The translations under genes were made by a program, and so were the position numbers. From an uncultured Isosphaeraceae bacterium (GTDB taxonomy: Bacteria > Planctomycetota > Planctomycetia > Isosphaerales > Isosphaeraceae): a stretch of DNA of 64,000 bases. The stretch spans positions 24,781 through 88,780 of the forward strand of contig CAWJGW010000064.1 of assembly GCA_963842405.1 (NCBI GenBank), in the 5' to 3' direction. Below, piece after piece: positions 1-11,862 of this stretch. The number at the start of each line of letters is the position of its first letter. Position 1 is the first letter of the stretch. The notes below the pieces were generated by a model. It ran no database searches, was not told the origin of the DNA, and was given only the letters and a program-made list of their open reading frames with translations.

Positions 1-902
1 AAGACCTTGCCGAATAATCTCAACCTGTTGTGAGTTTCCCCAAGCTAACACAGCATGCATTCGGGCTGGAGAGATTTTCGGACAAACCCAGTCCGCCCTC
101 GGTTCAGCGTCGTTGGGAGCCCCATGGAAAGCCGGCGGACCGGAGTCTCGATCCAACCGATTTCGAATCATGGCACCGCCTCGAAGTCGTTGCGATATCC
201 TATAATCTAGAGGGGAAGCTCCGGAGTGAGATCCTATGCGCCGAGGTCGTGCGCGAAGCGGCCCTCGGCATCCCTCAGGGTGAGACCGCCCATGTCGGCC
301 TTTTCTCTGGCCCCGGAGACGTCCGGCTCGAGTCCCGGGAAAATCAGGCATTCGCCAATTTTTATCCAACTGGCGACGAGCTTGCGGATCATATGGAAAG
401 AAGGGATTGTGCGGCGTCCTCCCCACGTCCTTACAACAAAGCATCCCGGGATGTGAGACAGCCGTGAGATGCGCCGAATCACTCGATATCAGAATTCGCA
501 AAACGAAAGTGGTTTGAGTTCGCGAAGCCGAACGCAAAGCATCGTTCAAGAAGCCCGGTCGCGGCGGGCGTCGCCCTGGGGGAAACGCTTCGGTGTCAGC
601 CGGCTTTCGCAAGCGTCACGGGCGGGACGGGAGGGGCTCGTGACGGCGATGCGGTGATGGGGATGCGGAAAGGCCAGTGGGATCGGCACGACGGGGAGGG
701 GGATTCCGGGCCTGCGCACGCCGTCTCGGCGTGTTTTGGCCCACCAGGCGCACACCGCGATCGACCTTCGGGTCGGGAAGGTTGTGGGCCACCAGGGTCG
801 GAGCGGAAGCGATGCGTTCATGGAACCGTCTAACTGGTATCGAAGGCGAGATGGTCAACCGGCAGGATTCGGCCCAGATAACACAAGGGGCCACCACAGA
901 CG

Positions 903-1887
903 TCACAGCGGAGTTCCGGCTCGCTGGCAGCGACCGGGGGAGATCTGGGCCAGCACCAGCGAGATCAGTCCGTAGCAGAACACGACCAGGCGACGGACGG
1001 TTTCGATCGCGAACTGGCTCGTCGGGCTGAGGAAACCGTAGTGCCGCACCTTTTGAAAGCCCGCGGGCAAGACATGTTGCAGGAACCGGCGGATGAACTC
1101 CTGGGCATCCACCGTCATTCGCCGCATCCGCTTCGACCCGACGCGGCGATACGAGAAGGTCACCCGGCCGTCGTCGCAGGAGACGATCCGCTGATCGCTG
1201 ATCGCCACCCGAAACACGTACGGAGCCAAATACTTCAACGAGGTTCGGCCGTCACCGACGGCCTGGGAATGGACGACCCAGGGGGCCCGCCACATCGCCG
1301 GATCGACCTGGTCCAGCAGCCCGGCGCGGTCCAGGGCACGGCGCGGAACTTGGCGCGGAACCGGATCGCCAAGGCGCTGTTGGGGGACGAAGAAGTTGGC
1401 CCGCGACGGCAACCACTGGGTCCCGTCTTTGTTCAACCCGCCCCCCGGCACGATGTAGTGGACATGAGGATGATAGTCCAGCGTCCGGCCCCAGGTGTGC
1501 AGCACGCCCAAGAAGCCGCAGTGCGAACTGCCGACGAAGCGGGGGTTGCTCGCCAGGGTCTTCGAGCGCGGCGCTGGAGGCCTCGAACAATGCCGCATAG
1601 CCGATCCGCTGGTGGCGGCGGATCACGTCGCGCAGTTCCGACGGCACGGTGAACGTCACCAGGAAGTAGGGACAGGGGAGCAGACGGGCGGTTTGCTGTT
1701 CGAGCCAACTGGCCTGGTCTTTCCCCACTGACAACTCGGGCAATGCCGGTTGCCGCAGGCGCAGGCGAGGGCGTGCGTCTGACCGCACGACTGGCACACG
1801 TAGCCACGCCGTCCCCAGCTCACCGGTGCGGCAGGCCGCGATCGCCTGCAACACCTTCTTGTGCTCGGGAGGCATCGCCGTCGCCAT
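903..1887 (-). pseudogene. IS91-family (HUH/Y2) transposase, frame-disrupted
   Basis: Two overlapping ORFs lie in different frames. ORF 1252..1887 is the N-part (YFLVTFTVPSELR). ORF 903..1598 is the C-part (HTWGRTLDYHPHVHYIVPGGG, YLAPYVFRVAISDQRIV). I recognise these motifs from IS91/IS801-type transposases. At least one frameshift lies in the overlap. Confidence 0.75.
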
Positions 1888-1945
1888 AACGCTCCAGGTA
1901 AGCCGGCCCGTACTGCCGCAACACCTCGGCGACGCTCGGCATCGG

Positions 1946-2841
1946 TTACTCCGCCATCACGCCTTCGATGAGGACCCGTGCACGCTCTTGACCCAACGTC
2001 GTCACATGGAGATAAACCATGGTGGTCTTCAACGAACTGTGACCCAGATAGTGCTGGATCAACCGCAGGTTGACACCGGCTTCGAGCAAATGGGTGGCGT
2101 AACTGTGCCGCAAAGTATGCGTCGCGACCGCCTTCTGGAAAGGGAGTTCCTCGACCACCCGGGCCATGGCGTTCTGGACGGTCGAACGCTCCATGGGGCC
2201 AACGCCGTCGGCGTAGCGGCGCTGGGATCTCGGGGCCGGAAACAACCAGAGCGGATGGCGATGGGTCCGCCAGTGCTGGCGGAGCCGGTCAAGGTCGGCT
2301 CTGCCAGCGGCACGAAGCGGTCCCTGGACCCCTTGCCCAGGTGGACATGCACCAGCATCGCTGGCTGTCGATGTCGCCGACCTGCAGATGCAAGCCTTCG
2401 CTGAGGCGCAGGCCCAGGGAATACACGGTCCAGCAGAAGGTTTGGAGGTGGGGCTATGCGAACGGCGTCGATGAGCCTGTGCACCTCGGCGATGGTCAAG
2501 ACATCGGGAAGGGTCTTGGGCTTGGGGACCCGGACCATCTTGAGCGTCTTCCAGTCGCGCGGCACGGTATGGGTGTAGAAGAACTTGATGCCACTGAAGG
2601 CCACGCTGAGGGTGCCGGGAGCGAGTCCACGGCCCTCCTTGAGATGGAGGAAGTAGTCGCGGACCTGCGGCTCGGTGAGACAATCGGGAGGCAGCCCGTA
2701 CTGAGCGGTCAGATGCCGGACGCTGCGGAGATACCCCTCCTGGGTACCGGGGGCCAGCCCAACCAGGGCCAAGTCGGCGAGCATGCGTTGGCAAAGTGCG
2801 TCCAAACCGGGAACACCGTCCTCGTGAGGCAGAGGAGTCAT
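1946..2841 (-). pseudogene. Tyrosine recombinase / phage-integrase-family protein, frame-disrupted
   Basis: The N-part is ORF 2059..2841 ([13 protein letters not shown], core-binding-like). The C-terminal catalytic box [39 protein letters not shown] lies in the frame of ORF 1946..3061. The middle ([16 protein letters not shown]) is in the third frame, so there are at least 2-3 frame changes. Confidence 0.8.
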
Positions 2842-4627
2842 CAGTCGATCCTTTCCAAAGGGGGAAGAGAAATCGTCTGGAACAACTCTGCCTCACGGGC
2901 GGTGCAGTCCACCTCGGATTCCGCCGGCACGGCGGAAGTCCAGGGCGCAAAGCCGAAGCGACGAGCGCAGTACACGGGTGCAAGCAGGAATTCCGCCCGC
3001 CGCGAACGCGGCTTCCTTGAACGAACCCAGCCACGGCCGGACCGGAAGTCTTCCAGGTCACAAAACTGACGAAACGAACCCAGCCGCGAGCCAGGCGGCC
3101 CTCTCAGTCCGCAAAATCGACAAAACACAGCCAACCCCGAGATGCGCCTTGAGCCGATCACGATTTCGCGTTGACCGTCAGCCGCACTGTCGAGCTCGAT
3201 CCTCGCCGGGCCGGGTCGTAGTATTCGTAGGCGCACGCCGGGGGGACCGTCAGCTTCACCGGCATGGTGGCGCGGAGCCGATAGCGGAGCGTCAGGGGTG
3301 CGCCCGGCTTGAGGTCGCGCAGATAGACGATGGCGCTTCCGCCGTGATCTGGAACTTGGCAATCGAGCCCGCCTTGACCAGTCCGGCCAGGTCGTCCGCG
3401 TCGATCGCGAACCCCGCCGGGATCGGCAGGTCGAGGATCACCATCGGGGCCGGTTCGGACCGGTTGTTCACGACCGACGCCACGGCCGTCACGGTCTCGT
3501 CGACGGCGATCGCGGTGCGGCCGTACTCCAGTCGGATCGAGAGAGGGTCCGCAGCCCGGTCCGCCTTCGCGTCCGGTGCCGGACGATCGACCGTGTCGGG
3601 CTCGTGGTACCGGAAGACGACCTGATAGCCGGACTCCGTGCCGGAGCGGTCCTCGATCGTCAGCCGGTGCGTCTCCGTGGCCATGGCGACGCGGTCCGAG
3701 AGATCGACTTGCCGCAGGACGTCGGACTGGTCGGCGGCGATGGCCAGTTCCTGGACCAGCTCACCATCCAGGAGAAGGGCGATCCGCCGCGGCTTGTCGC
3801 CGCCCAGCGGGCTGCCGGTACCCGCCAGGAGGGCCTTGAGGCCAGCACGGTCGCCTGGGTCGAGCCCCAGGTACCGCTCCCGTCCTTCCGGGCGACCAGC
3901 CAGGCCAGGGCCTTGCGCACGGACTCGGGGCTTCGGCTGGCATGTCGCAGCGCCAGGACCGCCATCGCGGTCGTCTCGATGCGATGACTCTCGCCGGCCC
4001 CGTAGAACAAGGTCCGACTCGGCCGGGAAGGGGAGTCCGCCGGTCCCCACCACACGAGCTTGCCGTCCTTCGATGTCTGTTGGAGCCGTTCCAGCCGGTC
4101 GAGGGCCGGCTGCGCCGCGGCTCCCTCGGGGTCGATGGCCAGCAATGCATTGGCGATCAAGGCCAGGACATAGGGATCCTCACGCGCCGCGTCCGCTTGA
4201 CCCTGAAGATAGTCCAGCGTCGCCCGGGCCTTGGGATCGGCTTGCCCGGAGAAGACAGACCACGCGATGTAAGCGGTCGTGCCCAGGCGCGCCGGAGCCT
4301 GGCCGCCCCGCGCGCCGGTAGGGTCCTCTTGAAGCCTGTGCCCCTCCGGTTCCCAGGACCCGTCCGGCTTCTGCTGGTCGAGCAGCCAGCGGCGGGTCCG
4401 CGCGATCAAGTTGGGATCGATGTCGTGGACCTTCGCCATGTCCTGGAACTCCATCAGGCCGTAAGCGGTCAAGGTGCGGTTGGCGGGCGGGTGGCCGAAC
4501 CAGTCGAACCCGCCGCCGCTAATCTCGAAGCTGACGAGCCGCTGATAACCCAGGTGGATGTACTGCCGGGCCCTGGCCTCGACCTGCGGCACGCTCTTGC
4601 CGGTCCGCGCAGGTAGTCAAGCGCCAG

Positions 4628-6348
4628 GTAGCCGTTCACAATGGAGTTGACGGTGTTTGTACTATGGAGTCCGCGCGCACCAGGACATTCACCAATGGCT
4701 CAGCATTGGCCATTCCCGCGATGGCCTTCTCCCGGTCATCCCCCCGGCCAGGATCGCCCCTGGCTCTGGGGAGGGATGGTCACGGCGGCGTTCGACCTGC
4801 AGACTTCCCGGTCCTTACGAACCTTGCACCTACCGACTCGGCCAGCTCGCTCTCTCGCTTCGCTCTAACTCTCCTGCGACAACAACGACGGCGCCTCATC
4901 CCCCTGAAACCACGCCGACACCGCCGCCTCCAGATACGCGAAAACCGATCGCCCCTGTTGATGGCACGTCGCCAGCACCGTCCAGATCCGTTCGCACCAG
5001 CGGTTGCCACGCTCGCTCCGCGTCCCCTGCGTGATCAGGCGGTCGATCACCACGAACCGGATCGCCTGTTCCGCCAGGTTGTTTGTCGGTCCCACCCCCG
5101 GAGTCGTAATGAACCGAAAATAGCTCTCCCCATGCGCCTCGAACCGCTTGGCCAGGTTCTGACTGGCCCGCGTCGCCGGCACGTTGCGCGTCCCCAGTCG
5201 CAACACCTGGGCCCGCGCCGCTTCCAGTTGGCTCTGGAAGTCCGGCGCCGACAGATCGTCGCGGCGGTGGATCACCGCGAACAGCGACCGCAAACCCTCG
5301 AGCAGCTGGTCGCCATAGGCCCGATCCCTGGCGTCGGGGAGCGTCGTCAGGAACTTCACATCACGAATCAGGTGTGCCAGGCAGAACTGAAGGGCCACAC
5401 CGAACTCGCGATGGTACCGGCGGTACGCCGAGAAGTAGTCGCAGCCCAGCACCCCGTCGAACTCCGTCCCCAGCACCTCGATCAGGACGTCGCCGCTCCG
5501 CGTCGGGTCGATCTTGAACAACGTGAACAGCTCCGCCCGGAAGCACCAGGTCCAGAGCCGTTGGCGGTTCTGCTTGTGCCCGGTCTCATCGACATTGAGG
5601 AAGTCCTCGTCCGGCAACTGGTCCAGGAGTTCCTCGTAGGGCCGCTGAAGCCCGGCTGACCTTGCCGATGATCTTGGCCAATTGCCCGCGGGAGATGGTC
5701 AAGCCGATCACATCGCGGATGTACTTGCGGATGGTCGAGAACGAGGCGTGACAGACCCCCTTGAGATAGGCGATGACGGTGGTCAGCCGCGGCCCGGCCA
5801 GGCCGCCGCGCTGGATCGGGAGCGGGAGCGGGGCGTAATGGGTCTTGCGACAGTGGGGACACCAGGTCGGATGACTGCGGTGCTCGTGGATCTCCAGGGG
5901 CACGTCGCGGATGTCAACCTGCTGGACAACCTGGATCGGTTCGGCGTCGGTCAGGTGCAGGTGCCCGCCGCAGCCGGGGCAGGCGTCGAGGAGGTAGTCG
6001 GTGGGGGTGGAGGTGAGCATCTCGGGCGGGAACAGCTCGCGCTGGTGTGCGGTGTGTCCCGGCTGGCCGCCGGGCTGGCGCCGCTCCTGGCCGGGTGGCG
6101 GCTGCGGCTTGGGGGGCTTGACGATGTCCGAGGAGGGGGGCTTGGACGAGTTGGAGGAATTCTTGAGGGCCGCGGCGAGTTGCTTCTGCAACTGCTCGAC
6201 GACGACCTGGAGAGCCACGAGTTGAGGCGCAAGTCGTCAACTTCGGCTTGCAACCGCTGGCAATTGGCACATGGAGGTATTGTGTCGGTATTCATGGTCG
6301 TAGAGTCTATACGGCCTGCGACAGCGATTCAACACTGTGAACGGTTAC
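4628..6348 (-). mobile_element. IS66-family insertion sequence (single-transposase type)
   Basis: Imperfect terminal inverted repeats: GTAGCCGTTCACAATG at 4628 and the reverse complement of GTAACCGTTCACAGTG ending at 6348. Flanking direct repeat AGCGCCAG (4620..4627) versus AGCCCAG (6349..6355), an 8-bp duplication with one base missing. The A2M reading frame NVL|ALDYL is restored on removal. Confidence 0.8.
4865..6295 (-). pseudogene. IS66-family transposase, frame-disrupted
   Basis: Three ORF pieces. ORF 5951..6295 starts MNTDTIPPCANCQRLQAEVDDLR. ORF 5586..6218 has a leucine-zipper/zinc-finger region, CPGCGG...CPHCRK. ORF 4865..5617 has the DDE core, NVDETGHK, GCDYFSAYRRY, NNLAEQAIR. Confidence 0.85.
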
Positions 6349-9300
6349 AGCCCAGGACGTTGGGATAGGTCGTCAACGAGGTCTGCTCGAAGCAGCCATA
6401 GGGCGCTGGAAGATCGCGTCGAGCCCTTCGACGAGCTGGCTGAAGCTCGATGGGTAGATCTTGACGATCGCCTGCACGCTGCCGGGAATCACGTCCTTTG
6501 GGGTATCGAACTCGACTTCGGCTGGCCGCTGCAACGTACCGGAGGCCACGTGCTCGACGCGTCGGCCGTCGGGCACGACCTCGATGGGCCGCTCGGACGG
6601 CGTCGGACACGCCCCGATCACTTCCCCGCCCCGTGACCTGGATCTGGTGATGGCCGACCGATTTGGCCCGGATGCGGAAATGCACGGCGCGGACCTCGTT
6701 CGGCTTCAGCTCCACCGATTGCTCGGCGGTCTTCTCCAGGCGCTCGAACCAGGGAGCATCCGCAAGCACGATCGAAACGGTCTGCGGCTTGTCGAGGTAG
6801 TTCGAGACGACGACGGGGATGCCGATCTCGTCGCCGCGGGTCAAGGCCGAGGGCAGGCCGAGGTCGACGAAGAACGGCTGGAACACCCGGATCGCCGATT
6901 GTGCGCCGCCCAGCCTTCCTTCGGCCGAGACGGCACCGAGCGAGACGCGCCAGGTGGTGATCGAGTCGGCCAGTTCGATATCCAGCCGCGCGTGCCCCTG
7001 GTCGTCGGTGATCAGCTCGGGGCGCCAGAGCAAGGTCTCGGGGAAGTTCTGGCGGACGCGGACGTCGTCAGCACCTTCGCCGCCGGCCGGGGCCGCCTCG
7101 GCCAAGCCGAACTGCTTCAGATCGTTCATTGCCTGGACTCGTCGCGCCGCCTCCCGAGCCGACTGGGTCGCCGGGAGCAGCAGGCCGGCCAGAACTCCCA
7201 GGATCGAGACGACGATGAGTATCTCGAACAAGTTCTTGACCTTGAAGAACGACCAGATGAGCCCTCCGCTGGCGGCCGTGATCAGGAGGAGGACCCAACC
7301 ACTCCCGATGATGTCGAGAGATCTGCTTCGAACGGACCCGAGCTTTCGAAGTTTCTCCAGATAACTGCTGACGGACAGTCTGTTGGGACTGTCGCTCGGA
7401 GAAAGTGGCGTAGCCATATCCTCGCCTATCGTATCATCCGCGGCCATGCTCTCCGGCCCTCGGGCCGTGCGGGCGAACAATGCCTGCTCGAATCCGACCC
7501 GCTCGGCCGGAGCCGCGTTGTGGACCAGCTCGCCGGACTCGGCCTTCTCCGGCGTCCAGTCCTCGACCTCGTAGACCGGCTTGAGCAACTCCTGCTCAAG
7601 GGTGAAGAACGTCTGCTCCAGTCCCGGACGGCGGCCGAGCACGCCGAAGACCGCCTCATCGACGGCGGCCACGCTGATCGCCCCCGGCGCCGGCTCGCCG
7701 TGCTCGTCGGTCAGAGCGAAGGTCAGCGAGGCCCGCTCGCCCGGCCGGTATTCGGGCCGGTCCGATGTCATCTGGATCGACAGGGCCCGGGCCGGCCGGA
7801 TGTGGATGACCCGCGACTCCTGGACTGGCAAGCCCTCCGTCCCATAACGATAAGCATGCAGGACGACCGTGCCGAACAGCTCGGGAGGCAGATCGATCGT
7901 CCGTTCGCCACGGCCATGGACGATCTCGATCGACTCGCTCAAGACCGTCTGGCCGTCCTTGATCATGTCGAGGAAGACCGGCTCGACGCCTCCGGCCAGC
8001 ACCAGCACGCGGACCGGCTCGCCCCCGTCGTAGACCGACTTGTCAGTGCGGACCAGGTAATCCCCAGCGAGCGCGCCGCAGGTCAAGAGGACTTGCCGGC
8101 GGCCGATCCGGCCCCGATCGTCCGTGGCCTGGATGGTCCAGTTCATCGTACTGAACTGCGGGGTGACTTCAAACGAGGCGACCCCGAGCGCGCTGGTGTG
8201 CAACTCGCGATCGAGGCCAGAGACGGACAACCGGGTCTGGACCGGTTGACCGTCGAGCGTCGTGGTGAGGACGTGGATCGTGTTGGGGAGATTCGCGACC
8301 AGCGTACCGGCTTCGGGAATCACCTCGATCCGGATCGGATGCGCGGCGACGACCCGGGTCTCGGTCCGTTCCTGGGTCTGGCCGCCGGGGTCCTTGACCG
8401 TCGCGGTGACGGCGACCCGCGCCGAACCGCCGTCTGGCTCGCGGCCGATGAGCGTCGCGGGCAAGGGAAGCGCGAATTCCGCCCCACCCTTCGCATCGGT
8501 GCGAAGCTCCAGCTTTTGAAGCGTCTTGGGAGCGACATCGGTCGCCTCCAGCGCGACGGTCACGGCACCGTCGGCGACGGGTTTGCCGAAGACATAGTCG
8601 GCCTGGGCCCGGCCCTTGATGGTCTGGCCCGGCTGGTAGTACGGCTGATCCAGCTCGAGGACGACCTTGAACCGCGGCAGGACGCAGCGCTTGACCTCGA
8701 CCGTCGTCCGGCTGGCCGTCTCGCCGACGCGGCAATCGACCTGGTAGTTCCCCTCGATCAGCTCGCCGGCCAGCGGGCAATCGGCCGAGCCGATCCCGAA
8801 CCGGCTGGTCGGACGGCCTTCACGGAAGACGACATTCCCGCGCGGATCGGTCAGGGAGAAGCTCATCATCTGGCCGGCGACCGGCTTGAGGTCGGGTCGC
8901 CGCAGCGCCAGTCCGCGGACATGGATGACCTGCCCGGGCTGATAGACCGGCTTGTCGGTGCTGGTCATCAGTCGCCAGGAGTGCTTGAGCGTGACGGTCC
9001 GCGCGATCGCTTCGGGAGCGACTGCCCCGTGTGGGCTGGCCGTGACCTGCAACTGATACGAGCCGTCGGGCCAGTCAGGCAGCCGGAACCGCGGGGCGGC
9101 CGCACCGTGTTCGCCGGTTGTCAGGCTGGCCAGTCGCACGCGACGGCCCCCGGCCGAGCCCGGGGGGTCCGTCAGCTCGACGGTGACCGGAACGCCCCGC
9201 TCCCGACCGCTGTCATGACGCAGCACCCGCAGGTGAAGCGACGCGTCCGTGTCGGGCAGCCACGCGGCCTGGCCCAGCACACGAAGGTCGTACGGCGACG

Positions 9301-9689
9301 GCTTCAGGTTGACGTAATAGACGTTGAACCCGGCCAGGACCAAGGCGGCCACGGCCAGGGTCGCCCAGAAAAACAACCACAACCGTTTCCCGAGTAGAAT
9401 CATGGCTCTGCCTCATGTGGCGAAAGACGGAAATGGATGAGATCCGATCGGAGTCGCCCGGACCAGAAAGGATCGCGCAATTCGCGGGGGGCGCCCGTCA
9501 GCTTCTATCATGACAACGGGCGAGCGGAGCGCTGCGCAGAGCCTGTCCGCTGCAAGGCGTATCCGCGGCCCTGCGGTCCAAGGAGAATCAGCCTTTCCTC
9601 GATCGAATCGATGCGGCAGACAGACTTGGGGCGGATATAATCAATCGTCGAAGAGGGACAGTAAGGCTCTCACGAAGGATTCCGATACC

Positions 9690-9964
9690 ATGACGATCAC
9701 GATCGACCTGACTCTCGAGGAAGAAGTGCGACTCCGGAGCGCGCTTCGCATCGAGGCCGAGATTTGAGAGAGTCCGTCCACGACCTGATCACCAGCGACA
9801 TTGCGGCACAACCGCCAGCCGATGTTGACGAGGCGCTGGCACCGTTTCGCCGTCAGGTCGAGACAAGCGGCCTGACCGATGCCCAACTCGAGGCGTTCTT
9901 CGAAGAGCTCCGTGAGGAAGTTTGGCAAGAGAAGCAGGAGAGCATACTCAATGGAGAATCATGA
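9690..9964 (+). CDS. Small hypothetical protein (about 90 aa, one apparent frameshift)
   Basis: ATG at 9690 (MTITIDLTLEEEVRLRSALRIEAEI) joins ORF 9764..9964 (..LTDAQLEAFFEELREEVWQEKQ). Its stop overlaps the ATG of the next gene. No recognisable family. Confidence 0.3.
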
Positions 9965-10659
9965 TAATGCGAATCCTCTCCATTCGGCTCGTCCGGTTCA
10001 AATTCCGATTGGGGACGCTCCTCCTCTTGGTGGCGCTGGCGGCCATCGCCTTGTGGCCCGCGACACAAAGGTTGCGGCCGCCCCGAAACTCATTGTACAG
10101 GGAATGAGTCCGTCCCCTTTCGACCACCTGGGCGGCGAAAGGTCGCCGTCCTTTTTTGTCCGGATGAAACGCTTCAAACTCCCGGCCCGAGACCCCAACC
10201 TGATCTACTACCCGCTCGTCCATCTCCACGGACAGGCACCGCTGTCCTATTCCCAGGAGGATCTTTCCGCCCTTCGACGGCACTTGAGTCCCCGTGGGGG
10301 AACCCTATTCGTCAACGGAGACTCCAGAAATCCGGCCTTCGACAGGGACTTCCGTCGGTTCGTCGCCGCGTTATTGCCCAACCAATCGCTGACCGCGATC
10401 CCCTGGGATGATGAACTCTACAGCAAGGGGATCCGCAACGATCTGACCAACGTCCAGTACAACCGCTCGGCGGGCGGTGGCCACGGTCATCTTCGGCTCG
10501 AAGGGGTGAAGATCGATGGCCATTGGGCCATCATCTACTCGAAGGACGATATCAGTTGCTCCACGGAGAAGGAACCGCCGAATGATCCACCGGGATATAC
10601 TCGCGATAGCTCTTCGAAAGATCCTGGAGAACATCATCATTCACTCGATTGAGCCGTGA
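9961..10659 (+). CDS. DUF4159-like protein (N-terminal TM helix), frame-disrupted
   Basis: Starts MIMRILSIRL..LLLLVALAAIALW in ORF 9922..10107. The body is in ORF 9879..10652. It matches my memory of the DUF4159 pattern (DPNLIYYPLVHLHGQAPLSYSQEDLSALRRHL..GGTLFV, LEGVKIDGHWAIIYSKDDISC). The tail ALRKILENIIIHSIEP in another frame ends at 10659. Confidence 0.55.
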
Positions 10660-10701
10660 TGAACGAGTGGGCGAGCATCGCTTGCCCACGGTTCGACCCG
10701 C

Positions 10702-11578
10702 TCACGACGCCTGGGACATCACCGGCGGGTCGGCCTCGACATGCCAGTCGAACGGGATTCGCTCGTCGCGGGTCTGGAGCTTGATGGCGAGCCCCGAGTG
10801 CGGAACGTCTCGCGGAGGGCGAAGATCGCGTCCTGGGCCGTGAGGACGTCGGGGTAGCTGAGCCAGCCGACGAACCGGCCGTCCTCGATCCGCGACCGGC
10901 CCGCGACGACGGTCTTCTGGCCACGGAGCCGCTCGAACAGGTCGATCAGCGTGTGGAGGGTCTCCGCGGCGGCGGGGAACTCGGCCGTGCGGTGGACCAG
11001 GTCCTCCGGCGGCCAGGCGATCACCATGCAAACGCTCAACGTCGCATCGTCCGCATCCGGCTCCGGCAACAGGGCGCCGGCCCGTCCTTCTCGAACCGGG
11101 TCCAGATCAGCTCGACGCCCACGGTCCGGATCCGGCTGGAGTCGAAGCCGGGACTCTCGGCTGTGTCCGAGGCCGAACTCGTCCGATCGGCCTCGTCCGG
11201 CTCGTCAGGGGCTTCGGTCCCGTTTGCCTGCGCCGCTGTCGCGGTCGAGTCGTCCGGGGCCGCGCTGGTGCCGCCCGGCCGACTGTACCGCGCATCCCGG
11301 GTCCAGGCCCACTCGCCCGACCGCCCCGGGCCCGCGACATCCGCCTCGCGGCCCTCCCACGGCCTCGCCGCCGGTCCCGTCTCCGCCGTCGTCTTCAAGA
11401 CTTCATAAGCCCGCGTCACCATCCGGAACGCCCACTCGTCACCCCCCATGTCGGGATGATGCTTCTTCGACTTGGCGCGGTACGCCTCGTGGATCTCCTC
11501 CATCGAGGCGGACGGACCGACCCCCAAGACCGTACGCGGATCCAGCGAGAAAGCATGAAAACCCATGAGAACACACAA
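10702..11578 (-). CDS. J-domain (DnaJ-like) protein with uncharacterised C-terminal region, frame-disrupted
   Basis: ORF 11036..11578 has DPRTVLGVGPSASMEEIHEAYRAKSKKHHPDMGG, a J domain with the HPD motif. It continues in ORF 10719..11069 and ORF 10702..11031. Confidence 0.7.
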
Positions 11579-11862
11579 GTCCTTTAAGTCCCGCGGCGAT
11601 CAGCTCGCTCCGAATCCAGACGGCGCCTCTCCCGAACATGAGACGCATCTCCTATGAGTTTAATTCAGTGCAAATCCCTTGCCAATCGATTCTTTGTCTT
11701 GCGAATCCTCTGGTCGGAACGGATCGGGTTCCCGGCCGGGCGGTTGTCGGGAGGAGCGCACGGGAGGCGGTACGGCAGGCCGTCTGAGGCGCGCGGTCCC
11801 CGGGCCCGTCACGTCACTGGCGATGGCAAGCCGATCTGGGATAATGCCTGCGAGGGTCCGGC

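Larger units (their letters stand above)
903..2841 (-). mobile_element. IS91-family unit with upstream integrase gene (element ends not determined)
   Basis: The integrase and IS91-type transposase are adjacent and co-directional, 58 nt apart. I could not locate ori/ter ends, so the limits given are just the two genes. Confidence 0.5.
3158..9403 (-). pseudogene. Alpha-2-macroglobulin family protein (MG domains + thioester domain), interrupted by an IS66-family element and frame-shifted
   Basis: ORF 6329..9403 carries a signal/TM segment and MG-domain signatures ([30 protein letters not shown]), up to a YGCFEQTS thioester-like site. The gene resumes below the IS in ORF 3660..4592 (TED: GGGFDWFGHPPANRTLTAYGLMEF). 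It continues in ORF 3292..4053 and a further frame ending ...TVRLTVNAKS with stop at 3158..3160. Confidence 0.85.

Noticed and set aside
30-482. ORFs 30..467 (+, 145 aa) and 234..482 (-, 82 aa) at the left edge.
   Set aside because: There is no recognisable motif, start context or partner, and the two overlap each other. I cannot tell which of them, if either, is real.
6461-9397. Very long ORFs antisense to real genes. Examples are 6461..9397 (+, 978 aa), 51107..53371 (-, 754 aa), 54651..56600 (+, 649 aa), 41749..43389 (+, 546 aa), 34580..35962 (-, 460 aa) and 22155..23591 (-, 478 aa).
   Set aside because: Their translations are Arg/Gly/Pro/Asp-rich low-complexity strings with no motifs. Each lies opposite a gene with clear family signatures. 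These are typical stop-codon-poor shadow frames of high-GC DNA.
9636-9641. A perfect TATAAT hexamer 49 nt upstream of the ATG at 9690, and TGGTAAAAT at about 18224..18232 upstream of the DUF4058 gene, as promoters.
   Set aside because: No convincing -35 box lies at proper spacing for the first. The -35 for the second is weak (TTGCCC with an 18-nt spacer). Promoter consensus in this phylum is uncertain, so the support is too weak for a feature call.
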